A DNA stretch of 64,000 bases from Eledone cirrhosa (taxonomy: Eukaryota): contig OZ024744.1 in assembly GCA_964016885.1 (NCBI GenBank), positions 111,786,001-111,850,000 on the forward strand, read 5' to 3'. This document shows positions 39,994 to 54,000 of this stretch, piece by piece (the stretch's first letter is position 1; every line of letters begins with the position of its first letter). Below the pieces are notes generated by a model, which worked only from the letters and a program-made list of their open reading frames with translations, made no database searches and was not told the origin of the DNA. Both the position numbers and the translations under genes were made by a program.

Positions 39994-39994
<1 letters not shown>

Positions 39995-40800
39995 TAGCAG
40001 CAGTACCCAGCATTGCCTGAGTAGGTAAAATAATATTTGCTTTGATGAAAAGGTGTTGATCTTAGCGACTGCTTCTCGATGACTCATCTATGGCCATACA
40101 CAGGCCATGGGGGGGAGGGTGGTGATGACCTCTATCACTGAGAAAAACACGGGTGACTGACGAAGCGGCATGCCGGGGGAGGGAGTTTCGAATTTGAACG
40201 AAATCGGTTAAAAAATGTGGGAGCTAGAGCTAAAAAGGCAGAAATATGAGCAAAAAAGTGGTATTTTTGAATATTTAAGCGGCTGCCATGCCGTTCCTGA
40301 ACTAATAATCCAAAATATAAAGCCACTTTAAGACGTGAAATAATCAGATCTAGCGTAGTGTAAAATTTGAACAAAGTAGGTTGATTAATGTGGGAGCTAG
40401 AGCCGAAAAAGTGGAAATTTGAGTATAAAAGTGGTATTTTTGAATATTTAAGCGACTGCCACACCGTCTCTGAACATCCATTACAGGATGTGCAATGATA
40501 AATTCTATTTTGCTTTAAAATTTGAACGAAATCGGTGGCAAAATGTGGGAGCTCGAGCCAAAAATCTTATTTTTCAATACCTAAAAAAGGGTGAACCCCC
40601 TATCGATTTTTATCTGCAGAATGACCCCGGAATAAAAAAAAAACGGTACGCTGATATATAGAAAACACTCCCTGATGACTAATCTATGAGCCTGTAAAGT
40701 TTCATGAAAATCGGTCGTAAGATGTAGGCCCCTATAGGTAATACACAGACTACACACACACACACACACATACTTAATGTTATATATATATATATACAGA
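39994..40800 (-). mobile_element. Non-autonomous Helitron
   Basis: 5' A|TCTGTATATA at 40800; 3' hairpin actcaggcaatgctgggt plus CTAG|T at 39994. Internal approximately 175-bp sub-repeats (aaatttgaacgaaatcgg...gtgggagctagagc). Confidence 0.75.
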
Positions 40801-40952
40801 TATATATACATGTCTATAGTTATGCATTTCCTACTATATCAAGCATAAAACTAATAATATATTTCTTGTACTGTGTTGTTAGCTTTGCTTATTCTGTTTG
40901 CTTTTTGCATACATGTATATGTGTGATACATACATATATGTGTGTGTGATAC

Positions 40953-40983
<31 letters not shown>

Positions 40984-41409
40984 AGACCCAAAACCCAGCA
41001 TAGATAACTTGACCACATCAGCCATCAAATGAGAAAACAGACATTATCAAGCTGCAGCTGTCATATTACATAGTTTCTGTATAATAAAGCCAGAACTATT
41101 ATTATCTTATAGTTTTTAAAAAAACCCTGCATGACTTAGTTTTTAGAATATGAATTCAAAATAGGAAGTGGACAGGACAAAGACAATGGAAAAAAAAAAA
41201 CAATGGAAAGACAGACACTCCTATCTCCTCAGTCAACCTTTGGAAGTTACTATGGTATCAGTCCATTAACCCTGTAATGTTCAAACCGAACAAAACCGGC
41301 CAGAATTCTCTACCTTTTCTGTTGAAACTGGCTGTAACTGGTCATTCAAACTGATGTTAAGGTATTGTTCTCAAAATAAATACTTTCAAAATCTCATAGA
41401 TTCGATATT

Positions 41410-43770
41410 ATGTGAGATAATTATGCAAGGTAAAGACTTTACCATGAAAATATAATAGTATATATAGAGTATGTGAGATAATTATGCGAGGTAAAGACTT
41501 TACCATGAAAATATAATAGTATATATAGAGTATGTGAGATAATTATGCGAGGTAAAGACTTTACCATGAAAATATAATAGTATATATAGAGTATGTGAGA
41601 TAATTATGCGAGGTAAAGCCTTTACCATGAAAATATAATAGTATATATAGAGTATGTGAGATATTATGTGAGGTAAAGACTTTACCATGAAAATATAATA
41701 GTATATATAGAGTATGTGAGATAATTATGCGAGGTAAAGACTTTACCATGAAAATATAATAGTATATATAGAGTATGTGAGATAATTATGCGAGGTAAAG
41801 CCTTTACCATGAAAATATAATAGTATATATAGAGTATGTGAGATATTATGTGAGGTAAAGACTTTACCATGAAAATATAATAGTATATATAGAGTATGTG
41901 AGATATTATGTGAGGTAAAGACTTTACCATGAAAATATAATAGTATATATAGAGTATGTGAGATATTATGTGAGGTAAAGACTTTACCATGAAAATATAA
42001 TAGTATATATAGAGTATGTGAGATATTATGTGAGGTAAAGACTTTACCATGAAAATATAATAGTATATATAGAGTATGTGAGATAATTATGCGAGGTAAA
42101 GCCTTTACCATGAAAATATAATAGTATATATAGAGTATGTGAGATATTATGTGAGGTAAAGACTTTACCATGAAAATATAATAGTATATATAGAGTATGT
42201 GAGCTATTATGTGAGGTAAAGACTTTACCATGAAAATATAATAGTATATATAGAGTATGTGAGATATTAAGTGAGGTAAAGACTTTACCATGAAAATATA
42301 ATAGTATATATAGAGTATGTGAGATATTATGTGAGGTAAAGACTTTACCATGAAAATATAATAGTATATATAGAGTATGTGAGATAATTATGTGAGGTAA
42401 AGCCTTTACCATGAAAATATAATAGTATATATAGAGTATGTGAGATATTATGTGAGGTAAAGACTTTACCATGAAAATATAATAGTATATATAGAGTATG
42501 TGAGATATTATGTGAGGTAAAGACTTTACCATGAAAATATAATAGTATATATAGAGTATGTGAGATATTATGTGAGGTAAAGACTTTACCATGAAAATAT
42601 AATAGTATATATAGAGTATGTGAGATATTACGTGAGGTAAAGACTTTACCATGAAAATATAATAGTATATATAGAGTATGTGAGATATTATGGGAGGTAA
42701 AGACTTTACCATGAAAATATAATAGTATATATAGAGTATGTGAGATAATTATGCGAGGTAAAGCCTTTACCATGAAAATATAATAGTATATATAGAGTAT
42801 GTGAGATATTATGTGAGGTAAAGACTTTACCATGAAAATATAATAGTATATATAGAGTATGTGAGCTATTATGTGAGGTAAAGACTTTACCATGAAAATA
42901 TAATAGTATATATAGAGTATGTGAGATATTAAGTGAGGTAAAGACTTTACCATGAAAATATAATAGTATATATAGAGTATGTGAGATATTATGTGAGGTA
43001 AAGACTTTACCATGAAAATATAATAGTATATATAGAGTATGTGAGATAATTATGTGAGGTAAAGCCTTTACCATGAAAATATAATAGTATATATAGAGTA
43101 TGTGAGATATTATGTGAGGTAAAGACTTTACCATGAAAATATAATAGTATATATAGAGTATGTGAGATATTATGTGAGGTAAAGACTTTACCATGAAAAT
43201 ATAATAGTATATATAGAGTATGTGAGATATTATGTGAGGTAAAGACTTTACCATGAAAATATAATAGTATATATAGAGTATGTGAGATAATTATGCGAGG
43301 TAAAGCCTTTACCATGAAAATATAATAGTATATATAGAGTATGTGAGATATTATGTGAGGTAAAGACTTTACCATGAAAATATAATAGTATATATAGAGT
43401 ATGTGAGATAATTATGCGAGGTAAAGCCTTTACCATGAAAATATAATAGTATATATAGAGTATGTGAGATAATTATGCGAGGTAAAGCCTTTACCATGAA
43501 AATATAATAGTATATATAGAGTATGTGAGATATTATGTGAGGTAAAGACTTTACCATGAAAATATAATAGTATATATAGAGTATGTAAGATATTATGTGA
43601 GGTAAAGACTTTACCATGAAAATATAATAGTATATATAGAGTATGTGAGATATTATGTGAGGTAAAGACTTTACCATGAAAATATAATAGTATATATAGA
43701 GTATGTGAGATATTATGTGAGGTAAAGACTTTACCATGAAAATATAATAGTATATATAGAGTATGTGAAT
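41410..43770. repeat. Minisatellite, 60/61-bp unit, about 39 copies
   Basis: Unit ttaccatgaaaatataatagtatatatagagtatgtgagatattatgtgaggtaaagact. Confidence 0.97.
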
Positions 43771-43879
43771 GCTAAATGGTTAAGGTTGATACCATTCATT
43801 CCAATGCACATTGGAACATAAGAGAACAGGTAGAGACAAGTTATGCGTTTAGAGTAATATATGTATAAATAGCCCAGAT

Positions 43880-46800
43880 TCCCTCAGTGTGCAGGAAAGG
43901 AGTAGGTAGAAATTCCATTCTATGTCCCAAATGCAAGCTATAGGTACATAAAAGATCTAGTGGGATCACAGTCAGGCAATCAAAGAGCGTAGGTTTTATA
44001 TACAGCCGATGCTCAGGTACAGTAAATACAAGTGCCCATAGGATACTAGCTCCTTCAAATGGCATGGCAATTCTGTAGAAAAAGTCAACAGTTTCCGTTA
44101 CCTGGGTGATGAAATCAGCAATAGAGGAGGGTGTTCTGAAAGTGCAGTAGCCAGAGTAGGAACAGGATGGAAAATGTTCAGGGAGGTACTACTGCTACTA
44201 GCTACAAAAGGTTTTTTCTTCAAAATGAAAGGCAGATCGTATGATGTGTGTATATAAACAGCAATGTTACATAGTAGTGCACCTGGGATTTGTGTGCAGA
44301 GGACCTTCAAAGATTGGAAAGAAATGAAGCATGCATACTCCGATGGATGTGTAATAGTAATATACACGAACAGCAATATTACATGGTAGTGAAACCTGTG
44401 CGTTGTGTGTAGAAGACTTGCGTAGATTGGAAAGAAATGAAGCTTGCATGCTCCGATGGATGTGTAATAGTAATATACACGAATGGCAAAGCATAAATGA
44501 ACTGAGAGAGAGACTGAGCATGAGAGGAATCAAATGTGTGCAGGAGAGGAGGTTGCGTTGGTATGGACATGTGATACGTATGAAGGATGATAGTTGTATA
44601 AAAAGGTCCAGAGTACTCAAAGTTGATGGAAGCTATAGTGTAGGAAGGCCAAGGAAGACTTGGGATGAGGTAATAAAAGCTGACCTTGCCCAATTGCACG
44701 ATCACGATTTTCCACCCAAACTACATCTGATCACACCACCCTTACACTGTAAAGTTGTCGGGTTGGTGTCACAACAAAAACTACCCAGTCCACACTGTAA
44801 AGTGGTCATGTAGGTGTCACAACAAAAAGTACCCAGTACACGCTGTAAAGTTGTCATGTAGATATCACAACAAAAAGTACCCAGTACACACTGTAAAGTG
44901 GTCATGTAGATATCACAACAAAAAGTACCCAGTACACACTGTAAAGTGGTCATGTAGGTGTCACAACAAAAAGTACCCAGTACACACTGTAAAGTGGTCA
45001 TGTAGGTGTCACAACAAAAAGTACCCAGTACACACTGTAAAGTGGTCATGTAGATATCACAACAAAAAGTACCCAGTACACACTGTAAAGTGGTCATGTA
45101 GATATCACAACAAAAAGTACCCAGTACACACTGTAAAGTGGTCATGTAGGTGTCACAACAAAAAGTACCCAGTACACATTGTAAAGTGGTCATGTAGGTG
45201 TCACAACAAAAAGTACCCAGTACATACTGTAAAGTGGTCATGTAGGTGTCACAACAAAAAGCACCCAGTCCACACTGTAAAGTAGTCATGTGGGGTGTCA
45301 CAACAAAAAGTACCCAGTACATACTGTAAAGTGGTCATGTGGGTATCACAACAAAAAGTACCCAGTCCACACTGTAAAGTGGTCATGTAGGTGTCACAAC
45401 AAAAAGTACCCAGTACACACTGTAAAGTTGTCATGTAGATATCACAACAAAAATTACCCAGTACACACTGTAAAGTGGTCATGTAGGTGTCATGACAAAA
45501 AGCATCCAGTCCACACTGTAAAGTGGTCATGTAGGTGTCACAACAAAAAGTACCCAGTACACACTGTAAAGTGGTCATGTAGATATCACAACAAAAAGTA
45601 CCCAGTACACACTGTAAAGTGGTCATGTAGATATCACAACAAAAAGTACCCAGTACACACTGTAAAGTGGTCATGTAGGTGTCACAACAAAAAGTACCCA
45701 GTACACATTGTAAAGTGGTCATGTAGGTGTCACAACAAAAAGTACCCAATACATACTGTAAAGTGGTCATGTAGGTGTCACAACAAAAAGCACCCAGTCC
45801 ACACTGTAAAGTAGTCATGTGGGGTGTCACAACAAAAAGTACCCAGTACATACTGTAAAGTGGTCATGTGGGTATCACAACAAAAAGTACCCAGTCCACA
45901 CTGTAAAGTGGTCATGTAGGTGTCACAACAAAAAGTACCCAGTACACACTGTCGGGTGGTCATGTAGATATCACAACAAAAAGTACCCAGTACACACTGT
46001 AAAGTGGTCATGTAGGTGTCATGACAAAAAGCATCCAGTCCACACTGTAAAGTGGTCATGTAGATATCACAACAAAAAGTACCCAGTACATACTGTAAAG
46101 TAGTCATGTGGGGTGTCACAACAAAAAGTACCCAGTACACACTGTAAAGTAGTCATGTAGGTCTCACAACAAAAAGTACCCAGTACATACTGTAAAGTAG
46201 TCATGTGGGGTGTCACAACAAAAAGTACCCAGTACATACTGTAAAGTAGTTATGTGGGGTGTCACAACAAAAAGTACCCAGTACATACTGTAAAGTAGTC
46301 ATGTGGTGTGTCACAACAAAAAGTACCCAGTACATACTGTAAAGTGCTCATGTAGGTGTCACAACAAAAAGTACCCAGTACATACTGTAAAGTAGTCATG
46401 TGGGGTGTCACAACAAAAAGTACCCAGTCCACACTGTAAAGTAGTCATGTGGGGTGTCACAACAAAAAGTACCCAGTACTCACTGTAAAGTAGTCATGTG
46501 GGGTGTCACAACAAAGAGTACCCAGTACACACTGTAAAGTGGTCATGTAGGTGTCACGACAAAGAGTACCCAGTAAACATTGTAAAGTGGTCATGTAGGT
46601 GTCACAACAAAGAGTACCCAGTACACACTGTAAAGTGGTCATGTGGGGTGTCACAACAAAAAGTACCCAGTACACACTGTAAAGTAGTCATGTGGGGTGT
46701 CACAACAAAAAGTACCCAGTACTCACTGTAAAGTAGTCATGTGGGGTGTCACAAAAAGTACCCAGTACTCACTGGAAAGTAGTCATGTGGGGTGTCACAA

Positions 46801-47965
46801 CAAAAAGTACCCAGTACTCACTGGACTGTAAACGTGGTCATGTAGGTGTCACAACAAAGAGTACCCAGTACATACTGTATAGTGGTCATGTAGGTGTCAC
46901 AACAAAAAGTACCCAATACTCACTGTAAAGTAGTCATGTGGGGTGTCACAACAAAAAGTACCCAGTACATACTGTAAAGTGGTCATGTGGGTATCACAAC
47001 AAAAAGTACCCAGTACACACTGTAAAGTGGTCATGTGGGGTGTCACAACAAAAAGTACCCAGTACATACTGTAAAGTAGTCATGTGGGGTGTCACAACAA
47101 AAAGTACCCAGTCCACACTGTAAAGTAGTCATGTAGGTGTCACAACAAAAAGTACCCAGTACACACTGTAAAGTAGTCATGTGGGGTGTCACAACAAAAA
47201 GTACCCAGTACTCACTGTAAAGTAGTCATGTAGGTGTCACAACAAAAAGTACCCAGTACTCACTGTAAAGTAGTCATGTGGGTGTCACAACAAAAAGTAC
47301 CCAGTACTCACTGTAAAGTAGTCATGTAGGTGTCACAACAAAAAGTACCCAGTACTCACTGTAAAGTAGTCATGTGGGGTGTCACAACAAAAAGTACCCA
47401 GTACTCACTGTAAAGTAGTCATGTGGGGTGTCACAACAAAAAGCATCCAGTCCACACTGTAAAGTGGTCATGTAGGTGTCACAACAAAAAGTACCCAGTA
47501 CTCACTGTAAAGTAGTCATGTGGGGTGTCACAACAAAAAGTACCCAGTACTCACTGTAAAGTAGTCATGTGGGGTGTCACAACAAAAAGTACCCAGTACA
47601 CACTGTATAGTGGTCATGTGGGGTGTCACAACAAAAAGCATCCAGTCCACACTGTAAAGTAGTCATGTGGGGTGTCACAACAAAAAGTACCCAGTACATA
47701 CTGTAAAGTAGTCATGTGGGGTGTCACAACAAAGAGTACCCAGTACTCACTGTAAAGTGGTCATGTAGGTGTCACAACAAAAAGTACCCAGTACACACTG
47801 TAAAGTGGTCATGTAGGTGTCACAACAAAAAGTACCCAGTAAACACTGTAAAGTAGTCATGTGGGGTGTCACAACAAAAAGTACCCAGTACTCACTGGAC
47901 TGTAAACGTGGTTGGTGTTAGGAAGGGCATCCAGCTGTAGAAACCAAGCCAGAAACAGTTCTGTA
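43880..47965 (+). mobile_element. RTE-clade LINE 3' fragment whose UTR contains the expanded 48-bp array
   Basis: RT C-terminal remnants at 43880-44715 (with an internal duplication). The canonical UTR ctgtaaacgtggttggtgttaggaagggcatccagctgtagaaa resumes at about 47900. Confidence 0.85.
44745..47900. repeat. Minisatellite, 48/49-bp unit, about 65 copies
   Basis: Unit cacaacaaaaagtacccagtacacactgtaaagtggtcatgtaggtgt. Confidence 0.97.
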
Positions 47966-49624
47966 TGGTCACCTATAACTATATTCCGCTACAACACACA
48001 CCATTACCATCACCACCACCACCACCACCACCACCACCACACCATCACCATCACCACTCCCACCACTACACCACCACCACCACTACACCACCACCATGCT
48101 GTGGCGGTGGTGGTGTAGTGGTGGTGGTGGTGGGAGTGGTGGTGGTGGTGGGAGTGGTGGTGGTGGTGGTGGTGGTGTAGTGGTGGTGGGAGTGGTGGGA
48201 GTGGTGGTGGTGGTGGTGGTGGTGGTGGTGGTGGTGGTGGTGTATGAAGAGTGTGTGGTGTGATGTGTGTAGAGTGTGTCTGTTTGTGTGATACAGAGAG
48301 AGAGGGGAGGGAGGGGGGGGAGATAGAACAAGATAGAGAGAGAGAGAGAGAGAGAGAGGAGGAGGAGGGGAGAGAGAGAGAGTGAGAGAGAGTGAGAGAG
48401 AGTGAGAGTGAGAGTGAGAGATTGAGAGTGAGAGAGGGAGAGAGAGAGATAGAGAGAGAGAGAGAGGCAGAGAGGCCACCGCAAAGATAATTGAAAGAAA
48501 CCTGACTAGCGTTGGTCATAGGGAGCAGCACTAGTTAGACATGTGAAAAACTGAAAAACAAGATGGCAGAGATATCATTTGATGATGATAGTGGTGGTGG
48601 TGGTGGTGGCAGTGGTGGTGGCAGTGGTGGTGGTGGTGGTGGTGGTGGCGGTGGTGGTGGTGATGGTGGTGGTGGTGGTGATGGTGGTGGTGGTGGTGGT
48701 GGTGGTGGTGGTGGTGGTGGTGGTGGTGGTGGTGGTGGTGGCAGTGGTGGTGGTGATGGTGGTGGTGGTGGTGATGGTGGTGGTGGTGGTGGTGGCGGGG
48801 GTGGCGGCGGCAGTGGTGGTGGTGGTGGTGATGGTGGTGGTGGTGATGGTGGTGGTGGTGGTGGGGGTGGCAGTGGTGGTGATGATAGTGGTGGTGGTGG
48901 TGGCAGTGGTGGTGGTGATGGTGGTGGTGGTGGTGGCAGTGGTGGTGATGGTGGTGGTGGTGTGCAGTGGTGGTGATGATGGTGGTGGTGGTGGCAGTGG
49001 TGGTGATGATGATGGTGGTGGTGGTGTGCAGTGGTGGTGTGCAGTGGTGGTGATGATGATGGTGGTGGTGGTGGCAGTGGTGGTGATGATGATGGTGGTG
49101 GTGGTGTGCAGTGGTGGTGGTGGTGGCAGTGGTGGTGATGATGGTGGTGGTGGTGGTGGCAGTGGTGGTGATGATGATGGTGATGGTGGTGGCAGTGGTG
49201 GTGATGATGATGGTGGTGGTGGCAGTGATGATGATGATGGTGGTGGTGGTGGTGGTGGCAGTGATGATAAAATATAATTGTTACTACATTTGGCACGAGG
49301 CCAGCAATTACCTCCCCTCCCCCACCCCCCAGTACATTACTGGTACTTTATTTTATCATCGACCCTGTAATGGATGAAAGGCAAAGTTAAAGTTAACGTC
49401 GGGGCGGGATTTGATTGAACTCAGACCGTAAAGGGACGTAACTCTATGCTGCAAAGCAATGGCGTCCGACTGTCTACCGATGCTGCCAATCCACTGCGAT
49501 GATAATATATATATAGTACCGGTTATATACTGGTGTTGAATTAATCAATTTACCGCTACTCTTCCTCCTCTCCACTAAAAATTGCCGGCCTTCTGCCTGT
49601 ATTAGAAATCATTAATAGAACTTC

Positions 49625-49697
<73 letters not shown>

Positions 49698-51099
49698 TAC
49701 AACGAAATTCTACAAAACAAGTTGGCAATGTATTTAACCCTTTTCAGACTATTTCACCCAAAGCCAGCTCTGGTCTATGAAAGAAAACCAACTTTAAAGG
49801 GTTCCTATTTAAATTAACATCTTTCAACAAATATATATCTATATATATCATCATCCTCCTCCTTTACCCCCCCCCCCTCCTCCTCCTCCTCCTCACCATC
49901 ATCATTGTTTAACATCCATTTTCTCTGCAAGGGCTGGACAGGTTTACATGGACCAATCAATACTGAAGCTGGGCTATTGACCTCCTAGACAGGGGTTGAG
50001 GAGGAGATGTCTGCATCTAACTTACATATATGGTCTTATGTTCTACTGAGTGCACAAGGGGGGCTGTAATGTCCTTGACACAACTGAAGGGTCCTCCCAA
50101 CACTTTTGGCAAGTTTTCTATGACTTGATGCCCTTACTAACACCAACCACTTTAGAGTGTGTGCTGTGTGCATTTATTGTGTAGATCACCAAAACTATGT
50201 ATGTAAATGTAATGAAATCTTATGCAATGAAAAAAATTATTATTTTAGTAAATAATTAATTCTTCATGAATTAATTGAAATAGCAATTATTTCATTAGAA
50301 ATAGTGTTATATTTTGAGTATATAAGGTAGTGAAGAATAGCATGTGTTTTGGAGAGTAGCATGTGTTTTGGGTTTAGGGTGTGGAGAGCTGACTGCACAT
50401 TATGTCCTTGAGCAATAGACTTTATTTCATATTGTTTCAATACATTCAGTGACGACACTAGTGCTAAGATACATCACCCTCTTTTGTTATGTTCATGGGA
50501 TAATTTTGAAAAGGATCAAGAATTTGTAGGGATTTTAGAATTAATTTTTCATTATTTTGGAAGAACTTAAAGGTTCTTACATATAGTGGGATAGTTAAAT
50601 AAATACAAACACTTTAAAATAAACAGTTTTATACTGTAGAACCCTTTTATTTAACCCATATTTCTAGTGACAAACAATGCCGATGGTTTTATGGTTTTCA
50701 AAGGCTAGTGTTTGGAACATAACTTAACAAAGTTTTTAACATAAAATTACGATGGAAGGTTTTTAGATATAAGTTGAGAGAGAATGGGAGAAGGTGGAAC
50801 ACAGCCTATTACATAATAGAGTCATAGTTGCTGCAGATAATAAAAACAAGAGGAAGCCAACCCCAGCATCAGTGACTCACCACCAGCCACTAGGTCCTAT
50901 GACAATCTGCTCAGTTGCTCGCAAGTGTGCATGCTGAACTCTGGGTCTTTCCACTGGGAACAAGCCCTTGTTTTCTACCCTCCCCCTTTTTTTGTGCGTA
51001 CATCCATCCATTCACTCATTCATTTACTGCCATTCTACCTTCCTGTGTCTCCCCCTCCATGCAGCCCCTTTTCGCTCTCGTTTTCTGGCACCTCCATAT

Positions 51100-54000
51100 A
51101 TATATGTGAGCTATGCGACCCTCTTACCAGTACTTTCCCTTCCACCCACACACGCCAGCCACCCACCCCTGACGCCGCTCGGTGTCCCACGCCTCATCCC
51201 CCACCCCTCTAAATCGACACCTGCAGCACTTGCGGCACCACTAACAAACGGAAGAGGGGCCGGAACTGTTTGGGGTGTGGCTGCTTCCACCACCTCACCT
51301 GCGTTGGCTTGACTCGTCGAGCTTCCAATGCCCTCGCAGCGTGGAGGTGCAGGAGCTGCCTGTTCCCTACGTCTTCCCAGCCACGGCCGTCTGGCACGCC
51401 ACCAGATGGGACAGCGAGCTTGCTTGACACCCGAGCCTCGCTGGTCAACATCGCTCGGCTCAGGCGACTCCGGAAGATCCCACTCAGGATCCCGAGAGCG
51501 GCACAGGTGCCGGTAGCCGATGACCTCGCTTCCTCGATTGAGAGTGCCCTGGACTCCAATCGAGCCAGTGACTGGGAGCGGCTGTTCTATTTCGCCCCAC
51601 TCGCCCTCGGCCTCACCAGCTCTGGCGCTGACCGGGGCGGCCGGTCAACAGCAGCCTTCGTCAAGGCCAATGTCTCGTCATTTGGGTGAGCGCCCATTCC
51701 AAGCATGCCCAGGGACGCCACACACCCCACCCTCAGGTACCCCCCGTCCTCCACCCCTGAGGCCAGCGCCAAGCGTTTGCGTGACCAGGTAAACGCAAAG
51801 CTTATCATGGGTGATGTCTCGGCCGCAGTCAGAGTTGTTGCCTCAGAGGACACTGTCCTCCAACCCACCGAGGAGGTCCTGGCTGCTCTGCGGCTCAAAC
51901 ACCCTGAGCCACCCACTGATCTCAGACCCATACCCCCATCCGACCCCCACCTGCTCCTTGTGGCTACTGATGCAGATATCATGTCCGCCATCAGGTCCTT
52001 CCCAGCTAGCAGCTGCGGAGGTGTTGATGGTCTCCGACCAGGCCACCTCAGGGAGTTGACATCCCCCCTCTCTGCTGAGGCCGGGCGCCGCCTTCTGAGT
52101 GCAATTGTGGCGCTCACCAATAGGCTCATTCATGGTGCCCTCGACCCTTACGCTCGAGGCCTTTTTTTTTCGGCCAGCCTCACCTCTCTCAGGAAGAAAG
52201 AGGGTGGCATACGCCCCATTGCTGTGGCAATGTCTTCCAGAGGCTGGCTGCCAAGGTGATCTGCAAGTCCGTCACACTCGAACTGGGTGAGGAGTTTAGT
52301 CCGGTGCAACTGGGTGTCAGTGTATCCGGTGGCTGTGAGGGGGCCGCTCATGCAATCAGGCAGTTCTTCAGCAGCTGCCCATCGGTACCGGCATCCAGAG
52401 ACTCCAGGCACCTCAGTGTCAAGCTTGACATGAGGAATGCCTTTAACTCTTTACGCCGGGATCATCTGCTTGAGCTCTGCCTCAGCTGAGCCCCCTCTGC
52501 CTACCCACTGGCCTACCTGTCACATGGAGCCCCGAGCATGCTCCTAGCTGCTGATATGGTCATACCCTCGGCTACTGGGGTCCAACAGGGCGACCCTTTG
52601 GGACCCCTCCTGTTCGCCCTTGGTATTGACCACATAGCCCCTGGAGTATCACGGCCCCTCTCAACGTTTGGTATCTGGATGATGTTACGTTGGGCGGGCC
52701 CGTATGGACGGTCTGCCATGACCTTCAATCGGTGATTCCTGCCCTGGCGGGAATCGGCCTCCGGGTCAACTCGGCCAAGTCGGAGGTGGTGAACGTCAGC
52801 CTCGATGCTGTGTGCTTTGCAGCCTCCGTCTTGGACGTGCGGTCCATTCTCTGCCAGGTTCAGGTGACCCCCAAGAGGATATCCTCATCCTCAGGTCACT
52901 GATCCATCCGCTGGCCATCCGTTCCACCATCAGGTCCAGGCTTCAACAGCTCCAGACTCTCGTGAGCCGACTGGGCTTGATTGATGGCCACCCAGCTCTC
53001 TTTCTGCTGAGGAACTGCTTCGCCATGCCAAAGCTCCTTTATAAACTCTGCAGCGCTCTATGCTACACCCAGACATCTCTCCTCGCTGACCTCGATACTT
53101 GTATCCGAGCAGCAGCCGAGGGGATATGCAACGTCAAGTTTGACGACATAGGGTGGCAACAGGCCACTTTACCGGTCAGGTATGGCGGCCTTGGCCTCCG
53201 GTCCCCGATCTCACTAGCTTTGCCGGCGTATCTTTCGTCGGTAACCTCGTGCCACGTCCTTGTCAGCAGGGTTCTTCAAAACACAACAAAACCCTCTGTG
53301 TTCAGAGAACGTGTGGCCGCCTGTGAGACGTGGGACCGGCTGGGACTTAGCCCAGTAGACATCCCTCCTCCTTCTCCCCCTGTTGACCTCAAGTCCCCCC
53401 AATGCACTTGGGATGCCATCCAGTGCAGCCTGACCTCGCTCGACCAGCACCGCTTTGCTTGTTTTCGTACGGCCTCCAAACCCCACAGTGGTGCCTGGCT
53501 CCATGCCCTGCCCTCCTTCTCCACTGGCAGGCAGCTAGACAACCATAGCCTGCGAATCGGTGTTTCCTTGAGGCTCGGCCTCCGGATCTGCCAGCCACAC
53601 CAATGTCGTTGCGGTTCCACCGTGGACTCTTTTGGCCTCCACCCGCTTTCCTGTCGCCACAGTGCTGGCCGCATTCCACGCCATACTGCCCTCAACGAGG
53701 TTATTAAGCATGGCTTGGACGCTGCAGGCTTCCCTTCCAAGCTCGAGCCGGTGGGGCTGGATCGAGGGGACGGCAAAAGGCCAGATGGCATGACCATCTT
53801 CCCGTTCCGCGGTGGCAAACCCCTCGTCTGGGATGCCACTTGCACCGACACTTTCTGCAGCTGCAACTGACCCAGGTTCTGCTGCACGTCGGGCTGAGCG
53901 GGCCAAACTCCTCAAATACCGGTCGCTCTCCGACAGGTTTGTGGTTGTAACCCTGGCAGTGGAGACTTCTGGTGTCCTCGGCACCAGGGCTAGTTCCTTA

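Noticed and set aside
41020-41090. Inverted similarity with 54195-54255 as termini of a 13-kb element
   Set aside because: The copies are diverged with no TSD; two copies of an old dispersed repeat explain it more simply.
41500-43737. Repeated 20-aa ORFs in the 60-bp array
   Set aside because: Frames shift at every 61-bp variant; the array is a non-coding satellite.
44702-46140. Cys-rich repeat proteins (MTTLQCVLGTFCCDTY)n and (HNKKYPVHTVKWSCRC)n
   Set aside because: These come from a 48-bp unit being a multiple of 3; 49-bp variants break the frame and the unit derives from a LINE UTR.
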